DNA of 62,441 bases from an uncultured Collinsella sp. (GCA_965141565.1 CBCSNQ010000001.1:1-62441); one strand, 5' to 3'. Counted from the first letter of the stretch, positions 11,267 through 21,130 are shown. Translations and numbers: made by a program. Notes: generated from the letters alone by a model not told the origin.

Positions 11267-12367
11267 ATGCTGACCGTAATCGTGCCCACTTACAATGCCG
11301 AGCCGTATCTTTCTCAGGCTATAGGCAGCCTATTAAGCGAAAACAAAATTGAGCTGGAAATCCTCGCCATCAACGACGGATCCACCGACTACTCGCTCGC
11401 CATTATGCAAGATTTCGCTGCGCGCAACTCGCGCGTTCGAGTGGTCGATAAGGCAAACCAGGGTTACGGCGCAACCTGCAATCTGGGCATTCGCGAGGCA
11501 AAGGGCGACTGGATTGCCATCCTCGAGCCCGATGACTGGATCGAGCCCGGAATGTACTCCGATGTGCTTGCCTTTGCCAAGCGCGAATTTGTCGATCCGA
11601 ACAAGCTCGATATTATCGAGACCCCGTATTGGATCATTCGCAACCCCGATACCCCCCAAGAGGTCAAACTACATTGCGCATATCGCGGTCGCATTAAACC
11701 GCCTCGGCAACCGTTCACCATTCACGACGCTCCACACCTGCTGGCCCATCATCCGTCCATTTGGTCGGCAATCTATCGTCGCGACTTCCTGATGCAAAAC
11801 AATATCTGGTTTAAGGAAATCCCCGGTGCGGGCTGGGCCGACAATCCATTCCTTATCGAAACGCTCTGCCAGGCAAAGGCGATCGCTTACTGGCCCAAGC
11901 CGTATTACTGCTACCGCGAGGAAACACCCGAAAAGGCAGCCGCCCTGGCCAAGCGTGATCCCCTGATGCCGTTTAATCGCTGGAACGACATGGTTGATAT
12001 CCTTGAGCGGCTCAACGTCACCGACCCCGCCGTTTGGACACCGCAAATCACACGCGGCTTCACCTATATGGGCATCATGATTGAGCACACCGGAATTGAG
12101 GGGCACCCCGAAATCGAGCGGGCGATCCACAAGATGTTCGAACGCATGCCGCAAGAGCTGGTATTTGCCAATCCTCGCGTTACCCCCGCGGCCAAAAAGC
12201 TCTATGCCGAGTATATGGGCATTGCCAATCCTAAAATCAGTTACTGCGCGTACGCCAAGGACCTCGTGGGCGAGGGCTTGTATAACGTATGGAACAAGGG
12301 CCCCAAGCAGACTCTAAAAATGATCACATCGCACTTTGGTTCATACAACGCACGCGCTGGAAAATAG
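11267..12367 (+). CDS. glycosyltransferase family 2
   Basis: VIVPTYNAE...INDGSTD...NQGYG...ILEPDDW; TATAAT upstream at about 11231. Confidence 0.9.
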   Translation: MLTVIVPTYNAEPYLSQAIGSLLSENKIELEILAINDGSTDYSLAIMQDFAARNSRVRVVDKANQGYGATCNLGIREAKGDWIAILEPDDWIEPGMYSDVLAFAKREFVDPNKLDIIETPYWIIRNPDTPQEVKLHCAYRGRIKPPRQPFTIHDAPHLLAHHPSIWSAIYRRDFLMQNNIWFKEIPGAGWADNPFLIETLCQAKAIAYWPKPYYCYREETPEKAAALAKRDPLMPFNRWNDMVDILERLNVTDPAVWTPQITRGFTYMGIMIEHTGIEGHPEIERAIHKMFERMPQELVFANPRVTPAAKKLYAEYMGIANPKISYCAYAKDLVGEGLYNVWNKGPKQTLKMITSHFGSYNARAGK

Positions 12368-12371
12368 TCTG

Positions 12372-13517
12372 ATGGGCAGAAAAGCAAGCAGAAATACCTC
12401 CATCGAAGCGCTGCGCTTGGTCGCGGTCGCCGGGATTGCCATATTCCACACGTTTCAGTGGACCTTCCAAGCCGCCTGTATCGGCGTGCCGGAATACGTA
12501 TCGCTTGCGGCTTTCCCCTATTCGGGACTGCTGGGGTTCATCAACCAACTCGGCTGCTGGGCCAACGAGGTCTTCTTTATGATCTCGGGGTACTTCCTTA
12601 TTCCCTCGGCGGTACACGCCCTCCAAAACGGGTCATCCGCGCAGCACCTCACGCTCAAATCGCTTGAGCGCCTCAAGAAGATCGTCTTGCCAACGCTCTT
12701 TTATTGCGCTGCCTGCCTGCTTGTCTCGATGTACGTCTATCCCTTGCCCGAAATCTCGCTACACGAGATTGGCTGGCTAACGTTGGGTATCGAGTTTATC
12801 TGGGTCTACGCGGCATCCGTATTGCTCGTCCCAGTGATTGCGCTGATACGACAGCAGATCGGCAGCAAAAGGGCCCCGTTTGTCGCAGCGCTCCTCGTGT
12901 TCACAACATTTGGAATCAACTGCTACATCGCGGCGACGGCGAACGAAGCTGCCGGTATCGTTTTGTGGCGCAAGCTCATGAGCGCCGTTACCTACCTGGT
13001 CGCGTTTATTGCGGCTGGAGAAATGCGCTTTGTCCTCGAACACCACGGCAACGCATCCGGCGCTCAAAAATCCAAGATCGCACTCATCGGACTCGTTACC
13101 GCCCCCATCGCGCTCGAGCTTCTGCTATCGGCAAATAGCCAGTACGACGCGCTCTGGAAGCTCTCCTACAAGTCCACTTCCGTCATATCCTTTATCTTGG
13201 CCGCCGCATCCGTTGCCGCCGCAGCGCTCCATCAGCCGCGCCACAAAGTCACTGCTGCAGACAAGACAATCATGTCCCTCGCCGCAGGAACGCTCGCTTT
13301 CTACGCCGTGCAGTCGTTTACCTGCAATGTCTGGCGGCCCATCTTCGACAAAGCGATCTACACCATGGCGACAGGTATCCAAACAGGAGAGCCCCGTCCA
13401 GCCGCCGCCATTTTGCTCGGAGTCCTTATGAGCCTTTGCCTCGCGCTTGCCCTGCTCCTGACGGATATCGTACGCAGGGCCGTAGTCGAGGCCATCAAGG
13501 CCCATATGAACAGCTAG
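12372..13517 (+). CDS. acyltransferase family 3 (putative polysaccharide O-acyltransferase)
   Basis: RNTSIEALRLVA...IFH and FFMISGYF motifs; about 10 TM segments. Confidence 0.8.
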   Translation: MGRKASRNTSIEALRLVAVAGIAIFHTFQWTFQAACIGVPEYVSLAAFPYSGLLGFINQLGCWANEVFFMISGYFLIPSAVHALQNGSSAQHLTLKSLERLKKIVLPTLFYCAACLLVSMYVYPLPEISLHEIGWLTLGIEFIWVYAASVLLVPVIALIRQQIGSKRAPFVAALLVFTTFGINCYIAATANEAAGIVLWRKLMSAVTYLVAFIAAGEMRFVLEHHGNASGAQKSKIALIGLVTAPIALELLLSANSQYDALWKLSYKSTSVISFILAAASVAAAALHQPRHKVTAADKTIMSLAAGTLAFYAVQSFTCNVWRPIFDKAIYTMATGIQTGEPRPAAAILLGVLMSLCLALALLLTDIVRRAVVEAIKAHMNS

Positions 13518-14854
13518 ACGTCCTTCTGACCCTGAAGGCCACGAAGCGCGCTAACACCCGAAGCAAATAAAATCGCAAAGACAATCGCCCAGTTCTTGCA
13601 GCCAAATACCGGAATATGAACGATTGCATGGTCATGCATAACAACGAAATAACCCAAAACAACAACCAGAGGCAGCGCCATGAGCAGCGACTGGATCAAT
13701 ACCTTTCGACGACGACCACCTTGCGCACCGCCCCGTATCGAAAATACGAGCACGGCAATCCAAATCGCCAATACAGCAGCAAACGAAACAAGGCAAACGA
13801 CGTTCGAGATCATCGCATAACCAGCAGTTGAGCAAATAGCGAACAGCTGCGGACTCATGCAATAAAACTCCTTCAAAATCTGAGGCCAGTCAGCCTGGGG
13901 CAACAGTGACGAAGTCCCATGCGCAGACCAAAGGCCCATCTCGCCCAGAACGTTCGAAAAGACCTCATCCCAGCCCAGCACAAATGCCGCGACAACCCAT
14001 TTCATCGCCCAGGTAAACACAAACGAAAGCCCAAACCCAAAGAGTGCCCGCAGCATCGTAACGAGACAGCGCTTGGATCTCTCACCTTCGGGCAGCGCAA
14101 TAAACGCGAAAAAGCAATGCAGGGCGACAACTGCGGCAGGAATCGTTAAAAAGTCAAGAAACGAAAACACGGCACCCGTCGCAATCGACCAAAGGACAAG
14201 ACGGCTTGTAAAAGCCCGTGCGTTCGGAGCCGACCCCAAACGAAGACTCATGCAAGACATCATGATGAGCGCAACAAAGAACGAGATGCACAGCAGCAGA
14301 TCACCGATAAAATTGAGAAACAGATTGGTCGAGAACAACAGGATTGCAAGGAAACCCAACGTCAATGGTTTTGAAAACCGCTTCCGCAAGGCAACGTAAG
14401 CGCAAGCGGAGCCGGCAATCGCCAGAGCAGCTGCGGGCGCCACGACAACGTCGATACCGCCAATAAGCAGGCAGACATTCGTAAGGAGCTGCCATCCGTG
14501 CCAATACCGGTAGTACTGCTGGTGCGTAATCCCGCCGGCTTTCGTAACGTCATCAATCTCGGCAACAGCCATCGTCTTAAACGGAGAACCTTGGTCCTTT
14601 TGCTGTGCGACTTCAATAATAAAGCGATTGTTGTCAAAGCAAACAGGACCAGCTGCAACACGGTGGTCGTAGACATACATGTCGGACAACAGGGCCGAGG
14701 ACTCCGAACCCTGCGCATGCGACTCGATAACGGGCCTCGGTAGGCAATTCGCCGCGGTATTGCTCAGGACAAATGCGACCTGAAGAACCAAAAACAGCAA
14801 CATGACCTTGACGGAAAGGCTATCGGCAAGGGAGGCTAAACGAGTTTTATTCAC
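13514..14854 (-). CDS. polytopic membrane protein with YYRYWHGW motif, function unknown
   Basis: 446-aa ORF with many hydrophobic segments and YRYWHG, DFLT.P, W.MKW motifs. Confidence 0.7.
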   Translation of the reverse strand: MNKTRLASLADSLSVKVMLLFLVLQVAFVLSNTAANCLPRPVIESHAQGSESSALLSDMYVYDHRVAAGPVCFDNNRFIIEVAQQKDQGSPFKTMAVAEIDDVTKAGGITHQQYYRYWHGWQLLTNVCLLIGGIDVVVAPAAALAIAGSACAYVALRKRFSKPLTLGFLAILLFSTNLFLNFIGDLLLCISFFVALIMMSCMSLRLGSAPNARAFTSRLVLWSIATGAVFSFLDFLTIPAAVVALHCFFAFIALPEGERSKRCLVTMLRALFGFGLSFVFTWAMKWVVAAFVLGWDEVFSNVLGEMGLWSAHGTSSLLPQADWPQILKEFYCMSPQLFAICSTAGYAMISNVVCLVSFAAVLAIWIAVLVFSIRGGAQGGRRRKVLIQSLLMALPLVVVLGYFVVMHDHAIVHIPVFGCKNWAIVFAILFASGVSALRGLQGQKDV

Positions 14855-15091
14855 AGGTCATCCAAACAGAAAGATCGCGTCCACAAGAATCGGCACCTAT
14901 GTAATACCACAATGCGTGCTTGCAATCTCGCCACGCACACACGTCAACCAGGCTTGTAGCAAACGTTCTTGGTGATTAGCGGAACATTACCCGCGGGCGC
15001 CCGCCTACGCTTACAATAGTCGTGTCCTATGGGACACGTTGTTAATTCCGCAGGGCCGATATACTGCCCACGCGAAAGGATATTCTCGTTC

Positions 15092-16111
15092 ATGACTTCC
15101 ACCCTTCCCGCCCCCATCGATAAGCTCGCCATCGTCGTCGTTACGTACAAGCGCCAGGAACTCCTGGCAAATTTGTTCGACTCCATGACCGAGCTCACGG
15201 CAACGCCCTGGCGCATCGTGATTGTCGATAACGAGAATTCGCGCGAGACCGAGGCCATGTGCACCGCATTCAACGAGCGCCTGGCCAACCTGTGGGGCAT
15301 CGACACCGAGCAGCCTGACGCGCAGGGCGGCACCGACCGTGTCATCTACGCCCCGCAGCTCGAAAACGGCGGCGGTGCGGGCGGCTTCTCCGCCGGCACT
15401 AAATGCGCCTACGACCTGGGCGCCCAGTGGTTCTGGGTGATGGACGACGACGTGCTCGTCATCCCCGAAGGCATCGAGCGTCTTGCCAAGTGGACCGACC
15501 GCTACGATGTCATCCAGGGTTCGCGCCTAGACTTTGACGGCGGCGCCTTCTTTTGGCAATACCAACTCATCCTTTCGCTCGGCATTCCCAACCCAGTCGC
15601 CAAGTGGGACTTGGGTCCAGAGGGTTATCGCGCCATGAACCAGCTGTGCTTTGAGGGCGGCATGTTCTCGCGCCGCGTGGTCGACAAGATTGGCCTGCCC
15701 GACGCGCGCTTCTTTATCTACGGCGACGATGCCTGCTACGGCTACGTAGCCAGCCAGCACTTCCCCGCCGCCGTGGTCGCCGACGTGGTGCTCAAGCGCG
15801 CCCGCGCCGTCTCCAACTGGGATATCGCCGGCAAGCGCCAGCTCAACTCCACGAGCGACACCAACCGCTACTACATCATGCGCAACCGCGGTTATCTGGC
15901 CCGCTACATGCAGATCTATGGCGACTATCACCCCATGCTGTTCCGTCTGGGCAACGCCGCGACCTTCTGCAAGGAGTTCATTCGCCTGGCCGCCGTTGAC
16001 AAGTGCTTTAAGACCGGTATTCCGGCGCTGCGCCGTGGCATGAAGGACGCCCGCAAGATCGTCAAGGATCCTAACTGGAAGCCCATGCCGCCTATGAAGA
16101 ACACCGAGTAA
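15092..16111 (+). CDS. glycosyltransferase family 2 (GlfT1-like putative galactofuranosyltransferase)
   Basis: VVVTYKR...VDNE...NGGGAGGF...WVMDDD...GLPDARFFIYGDD...YYIMRN. Confidence 0.85.
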   Translation: MTSTLPAPIDKLAIVVVTYKRQELLANLFDSMTELTATPWRIVIVDNENSRETEAMCTAFNERLANLWGIDTEQPDAQGGTDRVIYAPQLENGGGAGGFSAGTKCAYDLGAQWFWVMDDDVLVIPEGIERLAKWTDRYDVIQGSRLDFDGGAFFWQYQLILSLGIPNPVAKWDLGPEGYRAMNQLCFEGGMFSRRVVDKIGLPDARFFIYGDDACYGYVASQHFPAAVVADVVLKRARAVSNWDIAGKRQLNSTSDTNRYYIMRNRGYLARYMQIYGDYHPMLFRLGNAATFCKEFIRLAAVDKCFKTGIPALRRGMKDARKIVKDPNWKPMPPMKNTE

Positions 16112-16135
16112 CGGAAGCCGGAAACACCTCGGCGC

Positions 16136-17932
16136 TTAAAGCCGCTGGCACACCGCCGTCACGCGCCGCCCATCAAAACCGAACCCCCAGCGCATGCGAC
16201 CCACGCCGGGGCGCGGCACACGGATATCGTCGATGCCGTCGCGCTCTATGTCGAGTAGCGACTGCACGGCCAGCAATTCCAACCCCAGCGCATCCACATC
16301 GGGGTCATACATCATATTGATCGTTATAAGCGGGCGCTCGTCCAGCATGCCAATCGTGTCTGCTACGTCGAGCACAGTGCCCGTAGGGAAAACCTGGATG
16401 TCCCAGCGACTCGCGCCACACTTTCGCCTCGAGGCAGGATTGGCATAGCCCGGCAAGCCAAAGCAGAGCCCCTGCAAGAGCAGATGATATGGCAGCGGCG
16501 CATCTGGGTCGGTCGCACCGATTCCCGCTTCTCCCAGGATGCGGCTTAGCGCCCGCCTCACCGTATCCTCGTCCCCACGGCACAACCCGTCGCGAAACGC
16601 ATCGACGTCTCGAATGTCTTCGGCAGCACACTCAAACCACTCAATAATCACTAGACGCAAGGCCTGGCGAAGCTCGTTATTGGGCAATCGCAAAGCACGG
16701 AGGCGATCGTCATGCTCTGGCTTCTCAGTCATATCCGTCGTGAGAAAACCGGACAGATACAGCGCTGTCCACATGCCATCGTCAGGCGAGACATCTGGCT
16801 CTGCAGTGCTCAAACAAAGCGGGACCTCAGCGCACCCATGGGCCTCGAGCAAATCGAACAAGACCGAAAGGCGGTCGAGATTCCACCCGGCAACTACCCT
16901 ACTCAGGCAATCGGCATATCCATACAGATCGGCACGCACGGGCGCCGTGCAGCCTCGGCCCAGAAAACCGATCACACGCTCTGGACTCGAGCAATAGGCC
17001 CTGCCAAACCGATACCCCTCGAGCCATTCACGCGCATCATTCAGGTATTCCTCGCGCCCAGCATGATTCAAAAGAGCCTCGACCTCGGCATCCGAAAAAC
17101 CGAACCAACGGTCACACCACGCCGACAGCGGCGTCGTCAGACAATACGAGCAGCCGCGCGAAGAAAGCGCCGCTTCGGCAGGACCGGGACACTCCCCCAT
17201 CAGACACGTCAGCCGCAACGAATCGCGCGCAGTGGCAATGGCGTCAAACAGCGCACGGTCAAGTAGTTCTGCCGGATCGGCGTCGGAAGCGTCCCTCGCG
17301 CTCGCACGGCGAGACCACGCCGCATCGTACCCATCAACGAGCAATACAACCTGCTCATCGCAGGCAATCTCCAGCAGCTCTATGAGCACACCGAGCACCG
17401 AGTCAACCTCGTCCGCGCTCGCCACGCCACGCGCGACACGTTCGATGTGACGCACCTTATCTCGAGCTAAATCCGGAGCCTCCAAGAGCGCCAACAAGCG
17501 AGCGCACTCGCCCGAAAGGGCATCGCGCACGACGCCGGCAACAGCGGGGCCACGCCTCCCAGCGCCAGAAAAGTCCAGCGATATCACCGGATAGCAAGCA
17601 TACTCATCCCGATAGCGCCCGCCGTTCGCATCCCAAATCTGAGCATCGGCAAACGAGATCCGACCGGCGCGACCGACCGCCGGACGCTCCAGAAAAGCCC
17701 TGAGCATCGACAAGTTCATGCTCTTGCCAAAACCCTCGGGTCGACAGCACACCACAACGGACGCGTCGCAGTCCAACACATCGGCAATAAACATGGTCTT
17801 GTCGACCAGCATGCAACGACCAATGGCATCGGCAAAATCATGCACACCGACCGGCAAAACCGCATCATCGACATGGTTGACAAGCCGTACGCCAAAAGTA
17901 TCGTCACTGTTGCAATACTCCTGTTCAGACAC
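16136..17932 (-). CDS. AAA-ATPase-like + PD-(D/E)XK nuclease family protein, degenerate
   Basis: LPVGVHDF..VDKT, RPEGFGKSMNLSML, YPVISLDFS, FGFSDAEV, WLEGYRFG, LPNNE; catalytic motifs altered. Confidence 0.8.
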   Translation of the reverse strand: MSEQEYCNSDDTFGVRLVNHVDDAVLPVGVHDFADAIGRCMLVDKTMFIADVLDCDASVVVCCRPEGFGKSMNLSMLRAFLERPAVGRAGRISFADAQIWDANGGRYRDEYACYPVISLDFSGAGRRGPAVAGVVRDALSGECARLLALLEAPDLARDKVRHIERVARGVASADEVDSVLGVLIELLEIACDEQVVLLVDGYDAAWSRRASARDASDADPAELLDRALFDAIATARDSLRLTCLMGECPGPAEAALSSRGCSYCLTTPLSAWCDRWFGFSDAEVEALLNHAGREEYLNDAREWLEGYRFGRAYCSSPERVIGFLGRGCTAPVRADLYGYADCLSRVVAGWNLDRLSVLFDLLEAHGCAEVPLCLSTAEPDVSPDDGMWTALYLSGFLTTDMTEKPEHDDRLRALRLPNNELRQALRLVIIEWFECAAEDIRDVDAFRDGLCRGDEDTVRRALSRILGEAGIGATDPDAPLPYHLLLQGLCFGLPGYANPASRRKCGASRWDIQVFPTGTVLDVADTIGMLDERPLITINMMYDPDVDALGLELLAVQSLLDIERDGIDDIRVPRPGVGRMRWGFGFDGRRVTAVCQRL

Positions 17933-18066
17933 CGTAACTTCTCCCTAAAACGCAGCACGAAGCCCATTGTAGCGAGCAGTTCAAGTGCAACGCTGGATCC
18001 GTGCAAAGGCATCGGGCAACGGTAGGAACAAAGGCCTTGAGGGGGCATAACAAATCGTTGTGCAAC

Positions 18067-18102
18067 AAAATGGGGCCCGATGCAACTGCACCGGCCCCCA
18101 TT
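18067..18102 (-). terminator. probable intrinsic terminator of the LPXTG-type protein gene
   Basis: aatggggcccg...ccggcccccatt hairpin with an A-tract on the + strand. Confidence 0.55.
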
Positions 18103-18135
18103 GCGAATCTTTAGTTGTCGGGCAACCGAAAGGGA

Positions 18136-19914
18136 CTACTCCTCGGAGTCGTTCTGCCCAGCAGCCTTCTTTTGCTGATCGAGCTTATGCTTGCCACTCA
18201 CAATAGACGTGGCACCCAGCGTGGCCAAGCTTGCACTGGCAAGGCTCGCCATAACGATAAGGTCGCCCGTCTTGGGCATGTTACCGCCAGATGACTTGGT
18301 CGTTGTAGTCGTCGTGGTTGTAGTGGTCACCGTCTTGGAGTCATTTTGCTCTTGGACTTGGTTGTCAGCACCGCTCTTGTCGTCGTCTTCGGGCTGTTTC
18401 TTTTCGCCCTCGGTCTTGCTCTCGTCCTTCTTCTGACCGGACTTGTCGCCCTTCTCATCAGAGCTAGGACCCTTATCGGATTCAGCCTTCTCGGAAGCCT
18501 TGTCCTTGGAGTCGCCCTTTGCGGCTTCGGTCTTTTCCGTGGAAACCTGATCAGAGTTGTCCTTGTTCTGGGCCGAGCCGTTATTGACGCCAGCCATCAG
18601 CGAAGAACCCAGCGTAGAACCAAGCTGCTCGGAGAAAGAAGGCTTCTTGTCCGGCGAAGCAACGGGAGCGTCCGGCGCCTTATTCGAGTCGTCCTTGGAA
18701 GCATCGGAATCAGGGGTCGTGTCAGAGCCGGAGCCGTTGTTAGAGCCGGTGTCAACGGACGAATCGCTCGAGCCGGTAGATGAGTTAGAGGTGCCAGCGT
18801 CGGTCGAACCAGAAGCGTCGCTGTCCGTATTGCCGGCAGAGCTTGAAGGCGAATCGCTCGCAGCAGAGCCGTTCGAATCGGAGCCGTTCGAGGTAGAGCC
18901 GTCGTTGGTAGTGCCACCAGCAGAGCCATTACCGTCAGCATCGGTCGAGGGCGCATCCATCCTGTCATCGTTGACATCGTCACTCGAGCCGTCATTCGAA
19001 TCAGGTGTCGGTGAGGGCGCCGGCGTAGGCTCGGGCTGCACGGGCGTCGCAGCGGCAGCCTCATCCTCGGCGATATAAACCAAGCAGTCCTTCAGCTCAT
19101 TCTTATAACGATTCTTCCAGCCCTCATGATACTGGGGCTGACTCGAAAACTTGGTGGCGACATTGTTGACCACGCTATTGGAGAGCGCCGTCACAAACTC
19201 TCGGTCGGACATATCGTTGGAAAGATTCGCCCAGCGGAAAAAGTCCCTGCAGCCACCAGTGCCGCACATGTTGGTAATGCTCCACACCATGCCCTTGACG
19301 CAATCGGCGCGGCCCGAAATATCAATACCCAGGCCGCTCTTGAGCCACGCCTCGGTCACCGCATAGTACGAGTTGTACGCATAGGCATCTTGAAGTGCAG
19401 AGAACTCAACAGGATCGGTGTTGTAAGCACCCTGGAAAGCCTCCTGCGCGATACGGCCCAGCTCGGTGAGCTGACCGTTCTCGGACATGGGATTGTTCGC
19501 GTTGGTAATCTCGCTGCCGCGATCAATCGCAGCTTTAAGCATGCCGTACTTAGCAGAATCGTAGTTGTAGACCTGCTTCATAAACGGAATGAGCGACCAA
19601 CGACGGTCGAACTGGTAATAGCCCAGCGCGTTGTAGCCGTCACCATACGAAAAGCCCTGGTTATAGTTGCCATGGCTCTCATATTTGGTGAAGTACTTCA
19701 TCTCGGGAGTCACGTTGACAAACGAAACGCCCTGGACCGACCTCAGCACGCCCGAGAAGGACTGTTGGGTGTAAAGGCCCTTATCGATATCGGTGGCATC
19801 CGAGGCAACGCCCGGCGTGGGCTCCTCGGCAGCGGCGGGTGCCGGCGCGGAAACGGCGCCAAACGAAAGCGCCAGCGTCAGGCCCGCGACAATAGCAGAA
19901 TGCTTGGGCTGCAT
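18136..19914 (-). CDS. sortase-anchored surface protein with a lysozyme-like (VgrG3 C-terminal-like) domain and an acidic Ser/Asp/Gly-rich stalk
   Basis: Signal peptide; KYESHGNY...GDGYNALGYYQF...NRYKNE; low-complexity linker; MPKTG followed by a hydrophobic segment and charged tail. Confidence 0.7.
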   Translation of the reverse strand: MQPKHSAIVAGLTLALSFGAVSAPAPAAAEEPTPGVASDATDIDKGLYTQQSFSGVLRSVQGVSFVNVTPEMKYFTKYESHGNYNQGFSYGDGYNALGYYQFDRRWSLIPFMKQVYNYDSAKYGMLKAAIDRGSEITNANNPMSENGQLTELGRIAQEAFQGAYNTDPVEFSALQDAYAYNSYYAVTEAWLKSGLGIDISGRADCVKGMVWSITNMCGTGGCRDFFRWANLSNDMSDREFVTALSNSVVNNVATKFSSQPQYHEGWKNRYKNELKDCLVYIAEDEAAAATPVQPEPTPAPSPTPDSNDGSSDDVNDDRMDAPSTDADGNGSAGGTTNDGSTSNGSDSNGSAASDSPSSSAGNTDSDASGSTDAGTSNSSTGSSDSSVDTGSNNGSGSDTTPDSDASKDDSNKAPDAPVASPDKKPSFSEQLGSTLGSSLMAGVNNGSAQNKDNSDQVSTEKTEAAKGDSKDKASEKAESDKGPSSDEKGDKSGQKKDESKTEGEKKQPEDDDKSGADNQVQEQNDSKTVTTTTTTTTTTKSSGGNMPKTGDLIVMASLASASLATLGATSIVSGKHKLDQQKKAAGQNDSEE

Positions 19915-20042
19915 AAGATCCTCCCTGCATTGGTGTAGTTAAAGTTCAGTTTGCAAAGATAAAAATAAGTATTGCAGCTCGCCCGTTGTTGCACAACAAC
20001 CCCTCGGTAAACGGCAACAACCCTCCGCGAAATCTTAAGGAA

Positions 20043-20462
20043 TTAAACAAACTGGTCGTCGGGCGCCATCAGAAGCTCGCCGTATCGCTCCATCAGCCCG
20101 TCCCTCAACTGACAGAAAGCGGGGATATAGACGTTCAAGATGCGCTGAATCAAATCTTGAGCGAGCTTGTTGTCGTAGATATGGACGTTCGTATTGCGGT
20201 CTCTGAGCATGTCTAGCCAGGCCGCCTCATCAATAAAGTCGTAGAATCGGTACGACTCCTTCAAGATGGCACGAGGAGACCCCGACGCGGCAAGCGTGGC
20301 GCCCTCATACTCGAGCAGACGCTTAAGGAGCGTAATTGAGAGACCGAAAACCTGCTCATAGATATATGCACATCCGGAGACAACATAGTCGTTATCGAAA
20401 TCTTGGAATCGAGCTGTCTCTAGAAGTGCCAACCGCAAATCAAAGGCTTCGTACGACTTCAC
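20043..20462 (-). CDS. HI0074-family HEPN (nucleotidyltransferase substrate-binding) protein
   Basis: GSPRAILKE...WLDMLRDRNTNVHIYD with R-X4-H-X-Y motif; GTG start. Confidence 0.8.
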   Translation of the reverse strand: MKSYEAFDLRLALLETARFQDFDNDYVVSGCAYIYEQVFGLSITLLKRLLEYEGATLAASGSPRAILKESYRFYDFIDEAAWLDMLRDRNTNVHIYDNKLAQDLIQRILNVYIPAFCQLRDGLMERYGELLMAPDDQFV

Positions 20463-20474
20463 GAAAGCCAGCCC

Positions 20475-20906
20475 CTACAGCTTAATGTCAAAGTTGATCT
20501 CGGGGACGGCGGCCAGGTCGGCCAACGTCACGCCGTCGACGTACTTTTCGATCACGTCGTCCAGGCCGCGCCAGAACTTGACGGTCGAGCACAAATCGCT
20601 GCGGGTGCAGCTGTTGTCGATGCCGTCGCACGCCACGGGCGCCGTGCTGCCCTCGACAGCGCGCAGGATGTCGCCAGCACGCACCTCGGCCGGGTCCTTG
20701 GCCATCATGTAGCCGCCGCCCTTGCCGCGCACGCTCTTAAGCAAGCCAGCCTTCATAAGCGGACGCACCAGCTGCTCCAAATACTTTTGCGAGATATGCT
20801 CGCGGTCGGCAACCTCGCGCAGAGCAATCTTGCCCTCGGCGTCACCGAGCGCCGCGATATAGATCATCAGCCGGAGGGCATAGCGGCCCTTGGAAGAAAT
20901 GAGCAT
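20475..20906 (-). CDS. Rrf2-family (IscR-like) transcriptional regulator
   Basis: MLISSKGRYALR...ISQKYLEQL...SVRGKGGGY; three Cys (C-X6-C-X5-C); divergent from the suf operon. Confidence 0.92.
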   Translation of the reverse strand: MLISSKGRYALRLMIYIAALGDAEGKIALREVADREHISQKYLEQLVRPLMKAGLLKSVRGKGGGYMMAKDPAEVRAGDILRAVEGSTAPVACDGIDNSCTRSDLCSTVKFWRGLDDVIEKYVDGVTLADLAAVPEINFDIKL

Positions 20907-20926
20907 ACCTACCCTCCCATCGCATC

Positions 20927-21001
20927 TGGGACAACATAACCAGGTTTGTTTGTCCCAAATCTTAAGTAAGTGGGACAAACACAACAGGTTATTTTGTCCC
21001 A
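20927..21001. repeat. two tandem palindromes tgggacaa-N15-ttgtccca (44-bp period)
   Basis: Copies at 20927-20957 and 20971-21001. Confidence 0.8.
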
Positions 21002-21008
21002 GAATTTG

Positions 21009-21092
21009 AAAAGTCGAGTGGATTAGTCGGGTTTTCCCTTGACTAACGCCGAACCCATAGTAACTTTATTCCGAGAAGATTCCTAGGGTTTA
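21009..21092 (+). promoter_or_regulatory. putative suf promoter with Rrf2/IscR-like operator(s)
   Basis: Imperfect palindrome aaaagtcgagtggattagtcgggtttt (21009-21035) next to TTGACT (21039-21044); a second similar site at about 21066-21092. Confidence 0.5.
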
Positions 21093-21130
21093 GTACACCT
21101 ATGAGTACACCATATACAGAGAGGGACAGC

